Shown in pieces: positions 10,625-22,088 of a DNA stretch of 33,153 nucleotides. Numbering within the stretch: the stretch's first letter is position 1; every line of letters starts with the position of its first letter. Both the position numbers and the translations under genes were made by a program. The notes beneath the pieces are model-generated. The model had not been told where the DNA came from, made no database searches, and was given only the letters and a program-made list of their open reading frames with translations. Source of the stretch: Squatina squatina (Eukaryota); contig JARFOE010000013.1 of assembly GCA_031763465.1 (NCBI GenBank), positions 11,142,836 through 11,175,988 on the forward strand, written 5' to 3'.

Positions 10625-11518
10625 NNNNNNNNNNNNNNNNNNNNNNNNNNNNNNNNNNNNNNNNNNNNNNNNNNNNNNNNNNNNNNNNNNNNNNNNNNNN
10701 NNNNNNNNNNNNNNNNNNNNNNNNCTTGTAGGTGCCTGACTAACCCCATGGTGAAGATTTATGGATTAGGAGCGAAGAGAACTTTAGAAACAATCTCTGG
10801 GTAAGTGAAAAATCTCTTTAACCTGTTCATCTTGGCCTCCTTGTTATTTGGGTGCGTGCAATCACTTACTAGTATTTTTATCTTGATTAAAGCTTATCTT
10901 AGCTGTACTCTGGGCAGCATCTGGTAAAATGTTGAATTTTTCAACAAGGGTACAGACTTGGGACAAATAGATTGATTCGACAGCCTTTGTACCAAAAATT
11001 AGATGCAGCAAGAACTGCTAACTGCATAGATTTTTCCAAAGGGAAAAAATGTAAAGGCTTGACTTGCATGTAAGTTTTTGATGAAGGATACAAGCTGTCA
11101 GTGCTCCAGGGCTGCTGAGTTTCTTGGATCAGTGCACTTCGTTATCCAGAAGTAGACAGTTATTAGAGTGTATGAACTGTAAATTAGTCTATATCTAGTA
11201 TCCAAAGGTACTACAATTCACATCCTTTCACATTTGTATCTAAACTATCATTAACCAATTTGTTTTGAAACTCCATAGAACTGAGATGTATCCGTTGGTT
11301 ATCCTGGTGTGCGCAAGAGAAGAATGATTGACAGTGGGACTTCACATTTGTCACATGAGTGAGCAAGATTTCATAACTCATTGACAAGTGGATTGTTATG
11401 GCTATAGTTAAGAAAGGAATGGAAGAGGAGATATCTGTAATTTTTTGTTTATACCAGACACTTACATAAAAACAAGATATTTTGAGAAGTAATTTTGCAT
11501 GAAAACCATGCATTACAC

Positions 11519-11680
11519 TGGGACCCCGATTTTAACCCAACCTGCATAACAGGAATGAGATGGATGAGTGGCTAAAATTGGGAAAATCGATTTATCACTG
11601 GAAACTCACTGGCCACCATTTTTACGTGCAGCTGACAGAAGCCGCAAACGCAGCCACCAGAAAGTGGCAGGTGCCTCATA
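11519..11680. mobile_element. Degenerate MITE-like left end
   Basis: GGGACCCCGATTTTAACCC..GGCTAAAAT resembles the ends at about 8710-8775 and 24590-24683. Confidence 0.35.
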
Positions 11681-11683
11681 GAT

Positions 11684-11982
11684 ACAACAACAACTTGTAT
11701 TTATATAGCACCTTTAATGTAGTAAAACATCCCAAGGCGCTTCACAGGAGCATGGTAAAACAAAATTTGACACCAAGCCACATAAAGTGAAATTAGGGCA
11801 GATGACCAAAAGCTTGGTCAAAGAGGTGGGTTTTAAGGAGCGTCTTAAAGGAGGAAAGAGGGGCGGAGAGGCTTAGGGAGGGAATTGCAACCTTGGGGCC
11901 TTGGCAGCTCAAGGCACGGCCACCAAGGGCTGAACAATTAAAATCAGGGATGCTCAGGAAGCCAGAATTAGAGGAGCGCAGA
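11684..11982 (-). mobile_element. L2 LINE 3' end (ORF2 C-terminus, 3' UTR, (TTG)n tail)
   Basis: The ORF track gives LRSSNSGFLSIP..GGRALSCQGPK..LSSFKTLLKTHLF. The tail is CAACAACAACTTGTATTTATATAGCACCTTT. Confidence 0.92.
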
Positions 11983-11986
11983 TGGA

Positions 11987-12025
11987 GAATCATAGAAATT
12001 TACGACACAGAAGGAGACCATTCGG
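11987..12025 (-). mobile_element. CR1 3' terminal tail fragment
   Basis: GAATCATAGAAATTTACGACACAGAAGGAGACCATTCGG. Confidence 0.75.
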
Positions 12026-12640
12026 TGAACTGTCCTGTGAATACAACCTAGAATCCTGGTTGCTTTAGCTATAGCTTCACGGCATTCATCATGAACCTTT
12101 AGAGAGTGATGCACTAGAACACCCAGATCTCTCTCTTTCACCGTTGACTTTAGTTCTGCACTTATAGGGTGTAAGTATATTCGGCATTTGATCTGCTCAC
12201 ATGCATAACGCTTTGCTAAGTTAAACATAATTTGCCAAACACTGGACCATTCTTCCAACACATCAAGATCTGCTTGTAGTAGTCGAGCATCCTCTACAGT
12301 CTTAACACTCAAACATATCTTGGAATCATCTGCAAACGTGCAGATCATTCCCCCAACACCTACATCTAAATTGTTAATTAAGATGGTAAATAGCAAAGGT
12401 CCCAATACTGATCACTGCAGGACTCCACTGGTAACTGGTTATCAGAAGGTCTAAATTCATTGACTGCAACTTTCTGCCTGGGAGCATTCAGCCACAGCTG
12501 AATCCATCACAGTAAATTACCACCAATTCCATAAGATTCTATCTTTTAGAGGTGCCTCTTGTGAGCTTTCTGAAAATTCAGATAGACAATTTTGACTGTG
12601 CTACCCTCATCCACTAACAACTTCTTCTCAAAATTCAATT
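12026..12640 (-). mobile_element. CR1 LINE reverse-transcriptase fragment
   Basis: ORF 11968-12405(-) contains GPLLFTILINNLD..FADDSKI..LQADLD..WQIMFN..KERDLGV..KATRILGCI. A VDEG..VYLNFQK relic lies upstream at about 12570-12615. Confidence 0.95.
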
Positions 12641-14039
12641 AAATTTATAAGAATACAAATCAAATAAAAATCAAAACGGTGAATGATCTGAAGTCCCAAA
12701 GAACTGTGCCTGTATCTGACACTATAAACATAACTTTATGTGACCAGTTGATTGCACTGCTAAGGGCCCCTTGACTGCCCTTAGCAGAACCAATAGGAAT
12801 CAAACTTATCATCCTCTTTGATAAGTATTCTCTCTCCACAACTCCCACGGTGAGGAGAATTATAGTATCTAAACATTCACCCTTCTCCTCCCCAAATATC
12901 AATCAAGCTCTCTGCTATCAACCCATCCCTCTCTTACTGAGCAAAAAATTGCCTCAGGGGTGTTGTACTCAAGCCCCACCTCTNNNNNNNNNNNNNNNNN
13001 NNNNNNNNNNNNNNNNNNNNNNNNNNNNNNNNNNNNNNNNNNNNNNNNNNNNNNNNNNNNNNNNNNNNNNNNNNNNNNNNNNNAACCTCTGCTCTGATCA
13101 TTTTCTTCATTATCCAGCAGTCAAGAATTATTCAGGATTAATCTAATGATAAAAATGCATATTTTTATTTAATTAAATGCCAATATAGTAAATTGCACTA
13201 GAAAATGGACCCTGAATGTTCTGAATGAGCTTGATAGACAGGATCAAAAGTGTGTGGCAATCCTTAGAAGGATTAAACTGTGGGGAGTAATAAAACGGAC
13301 TGATGCACTCAATGTACCAACAACGCCTGGAGAAAGGAATGGGAAATGATTCGGTTCCCTTAGGCTGCTCCAAGCTAAATACTGTATGACAATGAATGGT
13401 TGCACTATTCATTATCTCTGATTGCTAATTACCCCTTTGAAAGATTCAGCTGTGTCTGCTGCTGGATAATTAGCTTAGAAATTTATGGTTACAGTTCATA
13501 GCAGTGTTTCCATTGCAAATGTTCTTGATATCTCTGATTTTAAAGTATTCATTTCTCTTTTATTAACCCTTTAAAACAATCATATCTATTTGATGACTCA
13601 CAGTTGGAGGACAGGATTCCACGAGCTGACATTTAAAATTTATTTCACAATCACTCCATAATGACAACAAGTTAATCAGTCCTTATTTGAATAGTGAAAG
13701 CTGATTTACTGAAATTATATCATTTGACAAATTTGAAGATACTTAGGAAAAATGATCTCCGATATTCAACTATGGGTGAGGGGATGAGGGGGAAAGGCTT
13801 TATATAATAAAGTATTTGCGAGACACAATTGACAAATAATCAAAAAATAAGAGAGTAAAATATTAAAATCTAAATGCATGTTTGGGTCTCGTGCCTCAGT
13901 TGACCAACCCTAAACATGCTGAGACCACATCCATGTCAGACATTATTACAGATGATTTACTATTGGCAGGGGTTAACCATTTAATGGAGGGCAGAAATTT
14001 ATGGATGTAAGTAATTTTTGCAGGCCGCTAACGATATCC

Positions 14040-14356
14040 GGAAACAACCCAGGTCACGAGTTCAACTCCCACCATTGCAAGCTGTGAAATTAAATATATT
14101 TTTTCAATCTGGTATTTGGGGATACCAGAAAAAATAATGATGAAAGTTGTCAGATTGCTGTAAAAACCTTATTGGTTCACTGTCCTTCAGGAAGGAGAGC
14201 CTACATTTTCACTCTTAATGCCCTCCAAAGTGCTGCTCAGTTCTAAAAACAATAATTTCAGAAGGTCCATCACCACTTTCTCAGGAGCAACTAGGAATAA
14301 GCAATAAATGCAACTTTTCCAGCCCTGTCCACATCCTTAGAATAAATATAAAAAAA
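14040..14356 (+). mobile_element. tRNA-derived SINE (family B), near full length with LINE-like 3' tail
   Basis: B-box-like GAGTTCAACTCCC, body shared with 16985-17310, and tail CACCACTTTCTCAGG..CTAGG..GCAATAAATGC..CCACATCC followed by an A-rich end. Confidence 0.75.
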
Positions 14357-14539
14357 GCAGTGCACCACAGAACAGTTGTTTGTTAGAGACAGAGACTCCC
14401 AATTTCTGATATAAGTTTAAAACTTAGGCAATGGATTTCCAGCATTTGCAGGGAAGCAGCAGTTAAGCCCATTTATTGATGAGGATATCAAATTAAACGT
14501 AGCCATGTTCCACCTTCTTCACACTTGAGTTTATGGATG

Positions 14540-14812
14540 TTTCATTATTATCTATCCACTCGTAGCCAGAGAATCACCTGCAATGGTTTCTCTTCCCACT
14601 CCTGCACCATTCCGTCTGGAGTCCTCCAAGGATTTATCCTTGACTCCCTCCTATTTCTCATCTGCATGCTGCCCCTGGGCAACATCATCTGCAAACACAG
14701 AGTCAGGTTCCACACATATGCTGACGACACCCAGCTCTACCTCACCACAACCTCTCTCGAACCCTCCATTATCTCTGATTTGTCACACTGCCTGTCTGAT
14801 ATCCAGTACTGA
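14540..14812 (+). mobile_element. L2 LINE reverse-transcriptase fragment
   Basis: YLSTRSQRI..SGVLQGFILDSLLFLICMLPLGNII..FHTYADDTQLYL. Confidence 0.95.
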
Positions 14813-14912
14813 NNNNNNNNNNNNNNNNNNNNNNNNNNNNNNNNNNNNNNNNNNNNNNNNNNNNNNNNNNNNNNNNNNNNNNNNNNNNNNNNNNNNNNNN
14901 NNNNNNNNNNNN

Positions 14913-15445
14913 AACCAATCAGATTGAACGATTGTTAATGAGCAGCACAGAGTCTGAAACAGAAATTGTCAGTTAGAATATTTAATTCAATGTCAAATTC
15001 TGTACAGACAGTGAAATAAAGAGGGGGAAAGAAAGATTTAATCTGAGATAAAAGAGGCAGAAATAAAAAAAAATTTAAAAATTTACATTTTTATATTTGT
15101 TTAAATCTCTAACAGTCATTAAAATCTGAAGGAGTGAGACTCCACACTTGTTAAAGTTAATTTTCAGTGCCAGAGAGTTTGTTTGGCAGTAATTAAGACA
15201 TCACTTTTTCTGGCCAGTTTAGTGAGTATATATCAGCTAAGTACACTGTTCCATGTATTTGAATGGCGAGTCTCTTGGTGAGATACCATTATTGTGCAGC
15301 TTTGGGAGGACCAGAGTATCTTGGACAGCAACTTCCTGATTTACGTGTTTAGCTGCGCATGTGCGGTTGCTAGAAGTTGCTGTCCGATTTACATGTTAAT
15401 GAGCACTGTTAGCCTCACCATTATTTCTACCGCAAAATCCAATGC
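14913..15445. mobile_element. Non-autonomous DNA transposon, right part (left part in gap)
   Basis: Perfect 13-bp subterminal inverted repeat GGACAGCAACTTC (15323-15335)/GAAGTTGCTGTCC (15373-15385) around TGCGCATGTGC, and a TIR-like end GCAAAATCC. Confidence 0.55.
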
Positions 15446-16298
15446 ATTGAGATATAATGAGCTAAACACAATCATTATTTAATTTAAGAGTGTAAAGACT
15501 AATTAGATATCAGGGTCTAAGCTTGTAGAACTACCAGTTTTCTTCACTATGTCACCTAGCTGCGAAGTACAGTCACCACTTCTAAGATACTAAATAGAGC
15601 TGCAGATAACTTAGTGACTCTTAATATATTTAATGTCATGCCTTGTCTTCTGGAAGTTACTAGATATAAAAAAAAAAATTGTACTTCTTCAATATGATTT
15701 TTATCACATTTGTTATGGAGTTTCTCTACTGTGAAATTAATCTAACCCACCAGAGTTTAAGTAATTTTCTGATGCAACATAGTATGGAAGAATTGGAAGC
15801 AAAACAGATGATCAAGAAAAGCCATCTCTTTATCTTGATTACTGTAGTCCCTCATGGGTTTTATGAAATGCCTTTAAAGAATTTTAATCATTAATAGCTC
15901 CGTAACTGTGTGCAGTAAGTATCCAATACACCCTAGCAAGACAGTTGATTGACACCAATAGTCCTACATAACAATAGGAGTTGCTTACTGAGAAAACAAA
16001 GTTTCAAATGAACAGAAAAACACACAGAACAGTGTGATATATTCCATTAATCTAATGAGCAAAGCATACTGCCTTGACGATGTTATTTTTCTGCATCTAA
16101 TATTAAAACCTGGATTCAGTTGTTTCAAGGCTTGCTGGTTGCCATGCTGTACCAGGCCTGACCCTTCTTGCCCACTACCTGCAACTCTTCCTGCCAATAA
16201 ATTATCTTCGTATTGACTCTGTGGTGTTATTTAGATGAAACAAAACAATTCTTTTTTTTTCAGTTTGATCTATATTTAGAGCAATTGTTATGAGGACA

Positions 16299-16368
16299 AA
16301 TCATAGAATCAGACAGCACTTAAGGAGGACATTGAGCCCATTGTACAGTGTGCAGAGCAGTCCCAGTT
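16299..16368 (-). mobile_element. Old CR1 3' tail fragment
   Basis: AATCATAGAATC..ACAGCAC..AAGGAGGACATT.AGCCCAT. Confidence 0.6.
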
Positions 16369-16984
16369 ATGTCTCAGCAACAAATTTGCAGTGCCTGATC
16401 CATTGAAATAAGGTTAATTTTGTAGTGGGCAGAAGAAATCACAGGGTTTTTGGCTGATGCACAAATGATACCTTGGGGAAGTGAACATTGGAAAAGTGCA
16501 TTTGCCGTTNNNNNNNNNNNNNNNNNNNNNNNNNNNNNNNNNNNNNNNNNNNNNNNNNNNNNNNNNNNNNNNNNNNNNNNNNNNNNNNNNNNNNNNNNNN
16601 NNNNNNNNNACACTCAGAAATTATGAAGACTTATTTTAGATTGCTAAATTACATAGAAAACTTCATTGTATATGTGCGCTGGGAAATATATGTACATGGC
16701 GTTACAGTATGAATAAAAGTAGGCTCGGGCAAATTGTTCTGTTGCAAAATTATGCTTTCGTCTTTGAACTGTCGTGCTGTAACTGTAAAGGAATCAGGGA
16801 TATTATCAAATAGCCAAATAGCAATGATATTTGTCAGCATGAATTGCTTCTATGCGTGTGCAGATACTGATGGTCTTTACGAGGCAGTGACAAAAGAAGA
16901 ATCACTTCACATTTTTGGAGCATAAACAATAAAAAAAATATTCTTTCTGTATTTGCATTATTAGAAGACACCCAGTATTTGTGG

Positions 16985-17509
16985 GTATGGGAGTGTGATT
17001 ATATTACTGGACTAGTAGTCTTGAGGCTGGACTAATAATCCAGAGAACGTGAGTTCATATTCCACCATGGGAGTTTGAGAATTTGAATTTAGTTTAAAAA
17101 GAATCTGGAATTAAAAAGCTAGCATCAGTAAAAGTGACCATGAAGCTGTCGGATTGTCAAAAAAAAAATTGGTTTACTAATGTCCTTTAGGAAAGGAAAC
17201 CTACTATCCTTACCCAGTCTGGTCTATAAGGTGACTCCAATCCTACTTCTGTGGTTGACTCATAACTGCCCTCTGAATTGGCCTAGCAAGCCATTCAGTT
17301 GTATCAAGTGCGACAAAGAAGAATAACAGGAATAAAACCTGAAAGACTTTTAGCTGCGACCTAGGCATAAAATCAGCAAACAACTAAGGCACAACTAGCC
17401 CAGTCAACCCTGAGAAGTCCTTCTCATTAACATCTGGTGATTTGTGCCAAAGTTGGCAGAGCTGTCCCACAGACAAACAATGGTCATACTTACAGAATCA
17501 TACCTATCA
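16985..17509 (+). mobile_element. Family B SINE head continuing into a LINE APE-endonuclease N-terminus (CR1-group), part 1
   Basis: tRNA-like head with B-box-like GTTCATATTCC. From 17414 the frame reads EVLLINIW*FVPKLAELSHRQTMVILTESYLS, which carries the APE N..G and TE motifs. Confidence 0.8.
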
Positions 17510-17967
17510 TCTGTGTCTTGGCTTAGTAGTAGCAATCTTGCCTCTGAGTTAGAATGTTGTGGGAACTAGTTCCACTCCAGAGACTTGAGCACAAAATCTA
17601 GCCTGACACCAATGCAGTACTGAGGGGGTGCTGCACTGTCAGAGGTGCCGTTTTCTGGATGAGACGTTAAACCGAGGTCCAGTTTGTCCTCTCAGATAGA
17701 CGTAAAAAATCCTGTGGCACTATTTTTAACAAGAGCAGGGGAGTTCCCCCCAGTATCCTGGCCATTATTTATCCCTCAACTAACATCACTAAAGCAGCTT
17801 ATCTGGTCATTAGTGCATTACTGTTTGTGGCACTTTGCCGTGTGCAAATTGGCTGCCACATTTTCCATATTACAACAGTGACTACACTTCAGCAGTACTT
17901 CATTGGCTGTAAAGTGCTTTTGGATATCCTGAGGCCATGAAAGGTGATATAAAAATGCAAATCTTTC
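17510..17967 (+). mobile_element. Full-length DeuSINE (SacSINE1-like) inserted into the endonuclease frame
   Basis: tRNA head TGGCTTAGTAGTAGC..CCTCTGAG..CACTCCAGAGACTTGAGCAC, Deu-type body GGATGAGACGTTAAACCGAGG..GTAAAA..GGCACTAT, and an L2-like tail AAAAATGCAAATCTTTC. Confidence 0.92.
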
Positions 17968-17972
17968 AAACG

Positions 17973-18035
17973 TCAGCCAATGTTCCAGACTCTACCGTCA
18001 CCATACCTGATATGCCCTGTCCCACCATGCAAGGT
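17973..18035 (+). mobile_element. LINE APE-endonuclease fragment, part 2 (resumes after the DeuSINE)
   Basis: TCAGCCAATGTTCCAGAC... reads SANVPDSTVTIP, then after a frameshift YALSH, continuing ..TESYL toward the IPGY motif. Confidence 0.75.
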
Positions 18036-18986
18036 ACTGAAAACAAAACTGTCATATCAACGTGTTAAGCATTCACCTACTAGTATTGTGAACAGTAATT
18101 TGTAGTCTATTTTTCTGTACCCACTGGCAGAATCAGCTTACAATATGCTCTCAGTTAAAAATGAAAACAAAAATAAATGTAAAAGGCACCACTCAGCTCC
18201 TTTAAATACAACAAATTATTTTTAATAGTGAGAAAAAAGATAACAATGAAACTGTAGCAGTTATCTTATTGCCAGTAATGGAAACACAAAAGCATTTATC
18301 TACTCAGTGGAGGCAAGGCATAGTTAGGGCTGAAAGCACTTGCAGAACAGCTCAAGCTAAGACGAGGTCGAGGTAAGTTGGCTTCAATTTCATGAGACCT
18401 TGGAGAGCTAATGTTCAGACAAACACAAAAAAATTCTAGCACAGTTGCACAACAGCATATACTAACTGAACATTCTTCTCAGACTTTGATACCCCAGTGG
18501 AAAGGAACATGTCTGAATCAAAATCCAATTGATTGACTGACATTGAACATTTTTAAGCAGTCAAACAGAGTTCTGGCAGTACAGAAGTTAACAAGCAATG
18601 CATGTTTCATGTCCAGCCACATTTGTTCAGATCCAGGGGCTTTAAAAGGCTGTATAGTGTGCAGACCAACAAAGAAAACTGGAGATTCAATTAGGCAGAG
18701 AGATTAATCCAAAATACTGATGGCAGGCGCAATGAAAGAAAATTGGATCTTGTCATAGAGAATCTCATTCTTGTCTTTACAGTTGAGCAATTTTCCAGAC
18801 AGTTGGAGGCTCTCTTACCAAACATGTGTATTGTGAATGACTGCAACAATGAAAGACGGCTTTATTTGCATCTAGGTTCAATGAGTAAAACCTGAACCTA
18901 TTACAAAACCAATGCAGAGAAATAAGGGAGGCTGATAGCATAGTAAAATGAACCGGTAAACCAAATAGAATTTTAAAAGAATCAAT

Positions 18987-19033
18987 GGGGCGAAATTCGG
19001 TACTGCCTGCTGCGAGGCAGGACATCCTGCGCA
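18987..19033. mobile_element. Left end of a Harbinger-type MITE (rest in gap)
   Basis: GGGGCGAAATTC is nearly identical to the reverse complement of the TIR at 25668-25680. Confidence 0.55.
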
Positions 19034-19755
19034 NNNNNNNNNNNNNNNNNNNNNNNNNNNNNNNNNNNNNNNNNNNNNNNNNNNNNNNNNNNNNNNNNNN
19101 NNNNNNNNNNNNNNNNNNNNNNNNNNNNNNNNNAAATAACAGAAATGGTTTTTTGTGTTGAAGTATGAAAAAAAAATCACAATGTGTAAAGCCTTTTGTG
19201 ACATGAAGTAGAATCATTAATGAACAGTCATTCGCAGCTATGCTTTGGCTAAAGAGTCAGAATGTGAGCTGCTGGCAATTTCTTACTTGGTTTGGTATAA
19301 GGGATAAGCTGACAGATAATATAATAGTTAAAACATGATGTACCATCTGAAGGCTTTTGCTGAGCTTCGGAACAAATCCTTTCTGTACACATACTTTGCA
19401 AAATCCCCTATATTGCTGTAATAATCTCTACTGTAATGACATATTCTTTTAGATTAGTTCTTTTGCAGCACAAGATTACTGCTTATTGCTGGTAACTGAA
19501 TATTATTTTATTATTAAATGGTCGAGTCATTGTTATTGGATATTGTTAGAAAATGTGAGTGTCCTGGTCATGGGGAAGTCAAGAGCTCTATTTATACATT
19601 TGTGATTTAATTTATGCTGTCTGTGTATATTTTACCTGTAAATGTCTAGGTCTTGTAAGATATTAATAATTTTAGCCTTATCATCTTTTTCTATTGTATT
19701 TTACTCTAAATCCCAAGATGGCAGTAGCTAGACCTTTACTTACTTACTACACCTT

Positions 19756-20859
19756 GAGCGCCCTTTGGTATATTTTGCGTTAGTGGCTATATGGGACCAA
19801 TAAGAGTAAATTTTGTGCACGTTTTGCACCATTATTTTAAGACGCAGATTTGGTCTCATAGAAAATTTTTGGGGTCTCAAAAAAATTGGTGGAAAAAACT
19901 AGTGCTATCAGGACTAAAGACATTTAGGTTTTTTCAGCAGACCCACTGTATGTCCGATGTAATTGAGGTGCTATGAGGTGTCAAGACACCTCAGCCCTTA
20001 AAGCGGATTGTTCTGCAGACACCAGCACTGCTTAGGTCAGTCACAGCATAGATCATTAGTGAGCAAAGAGGGATTGTCTTACCAGCTGGTGGGATTGGCA
20101 GACATAATTGATGGCACCCTGGACCCTCGGGAAGCCCACTATTTTGGCAACGCCTAAAGCCCTGTCTTGCTGACCTGGAGTCTGAGCACTCACCTTCCTG
20201 TCTGACCTCTCGGAGGATGATGCAGGGCTGCGGCTTCTGCCACCAGTGAGGTTGAAGCCTGTGGCAAATGAAGGGGTCGCTGGGCGTGCTGATGATGACC
20301 AACTGGTGCAACATCCTGCCTGGTCATCTTGTTCTGAGGTCATCTCTCTCTGCTGCAAAAGGACGCCATCCCTGCACGTCCGCTGATGGCCCCCAAGGGC
20401 GAATAGCCCCATTGTTGTCAATTTCAATTGGTCAGCCGAAAGCAGAAAATCTCTTCATAATGGCCGTTCCAAGTCCCACACAATGAATTCAAGGCATTAT
20501 CACGCCTCAAAACGGGCTTTTTTGCAATAAAAATGGTGGGTCCTCAGACAATCTAATTGCACCCAAAATAACGTCCTTTCCGAGTGTCACCGCCCAAAAA
20601 AACAGGCGCTGTCACACCACTTTAACACCATGGAAATGGAGCCCAATTCAGCATCGGGCAGCCATTTTGGGTGCTGCACCCTCTGATGACATCAGAAAGT
20701 CCATTTTACACCCAGCGCCATGTTCTCAGCGCTCCTGCATTAGCACTGGCGTTAAACTGACACCAATTTCACATTTTAAAATTTAGCGCTAAAAATGGGC
20801 GTCAGACCCCTAACGCCCATTCTACGTCCAGCTAATGCTGGAGAACAAATTGGGCGCCC
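19756..20859 (-). mobile_element. Internally deleted PIF/Harbinger element with transposase relic (about 20100-20280)
   Basis: ORF 20056-20427(-) contains FATGF and QQDRALGVAKIVGFPRVQGAINY (compare GFP.V.GAID). Subtermini are GC-rich, with degenerate TIRs GAGCGCCC../..AATTGGGCGCCC. Confidence 0.8.
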
Positions 20860-21788
20860 GTAATCTCTCGGAACCTCCTGAGATTCCATCTGCACTGGTG
20901 GAATGAGCACAGAATATGCATTTCATAATTTATTTTCTGTTTTTTCCTCCATTTTAGCCATAAAATAGATAAAAGGAAATAACACTAAAAGACACAAACC
21001 CTTGGAGAACTACAGTAGGATCTTAACTAGAAAATACAAACATAGCACATTGACATCTTGGACTTTATTCAAAGAACATTGCAGGTAGAAATGCTCAGTG
21101 ACTCCCTTTAATACTAAAGTATAATATTCAGTACTTTAAATTCACAGAATCAGCTTGTACATGGTCCACAGTAGAAAGTATATTGTTAGATTAGAAGTTA
21201 TCAGAGATAAATTAAATCATAACAGATTAAATTACATAATTTAAACCAACAAGTAAAAGACTTCAATCAGCAGTAATCATGGCAACCAGTGCAAAACATC
21301 ATTGCTTTTTTTCTCCCATTCTGTTATCTGCATTTGTACTGCTGAAAACAAAGAGATAAATAAGGCCACAGCGATTATGTAAAATATTCACTTGATTTAA
21401 AAAAATTTTTTTTTTCATGTGTGCTCTTTTCTCCTGTTTCTTGACCCCGTGTCAGATAGCCTTCCCCAAGTGAGAGTCTATGGAGGTCTACCTGCATCCG
21501 ATCTCCCTGCTCGTGCTGCATTTTATTCAGCCAGCAGGACATGCGCGGAAGATGGCATCAGCCAGCCTGCAATTTACCATCTGAGGAAAAAGGCTTGTGT
21601 CCACTCAAGTCAGTGGATTTGTGTATGGTGAGACACCAGGAACAAGTGCACTAGAGCCAAGACTGGGGAAAGGATAGTGCAGGAGGGAATCATAAAGAGG
21701 AAACCAGCATTGTCCCACTTACTAGTGTGCTGTGCTGTGCCAGAAGGGCAATCATAATGGTCACTTTCATCTTCAAATCTGAAACATA

Positions 21789-21867
21789 GGGGTGAATTTC
21801 CACTTTGGGTGTGGGCTAAAACCGGCAAATGTGTACGTCTCGCCCAATCTACATTTCGCCTGATCTA
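21789..21867. mobile_element. Left end of a Harbinger-type MITE (rest in gap)
   Basis: Begins GGGGTGAATTTC and has GC-rich subterminal sequence running into the gap. Confidence 0.45.
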
Positions 21868-21967
21868 NNNNNNNNNNNNNNNNNNNNNNNNNNNNNNNNN
21901 NNNNNNNNNNNNNNNNNNNNNNNNNNNNNNNNNNNNNNNNNNNNNNNNNNNNNNNNNNNNNNNNNNN

Positions 21968-22088
21968 AAGGGTATGGACACTTATGTTCCAGCATGTTCC
22001 CTACGGTGAAGGGTATGGACACTTATGTTCCAGCATGTTCCCTACGGTGAAGGGTATGGACACTTATGTTCCAGCATGTTCCCTATGG
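21968..22088. repeat. 41-bp minisatellite, at least 2.9 copies
   Basis: Unit AAGGGTATGGACACTTATGTTCCAGCATGTTCCCTACGGTG starts at 21968, 22009 and 22050. The first two copies are identical, and the array abuts a gap. Confidence 0.97.

Noticed and set aside
10732-10800. Resemblance of LTNP..MV.I.G.G to FAM172A/ARB2A
   Set aside because: It needs a gap in a very short match and the flanks disagree, so it is likely coincidental.
13952-14006. Candidate exon ending in GTAAGT
   Set aside because: The acceptor lacks a pyrimidine tract and the donor context is weak.
21968-22088. CRISPR-like array
   Set aside because: The units are head-to-tail with no spacers, there are no cas genes, and the context is eukaryotic.
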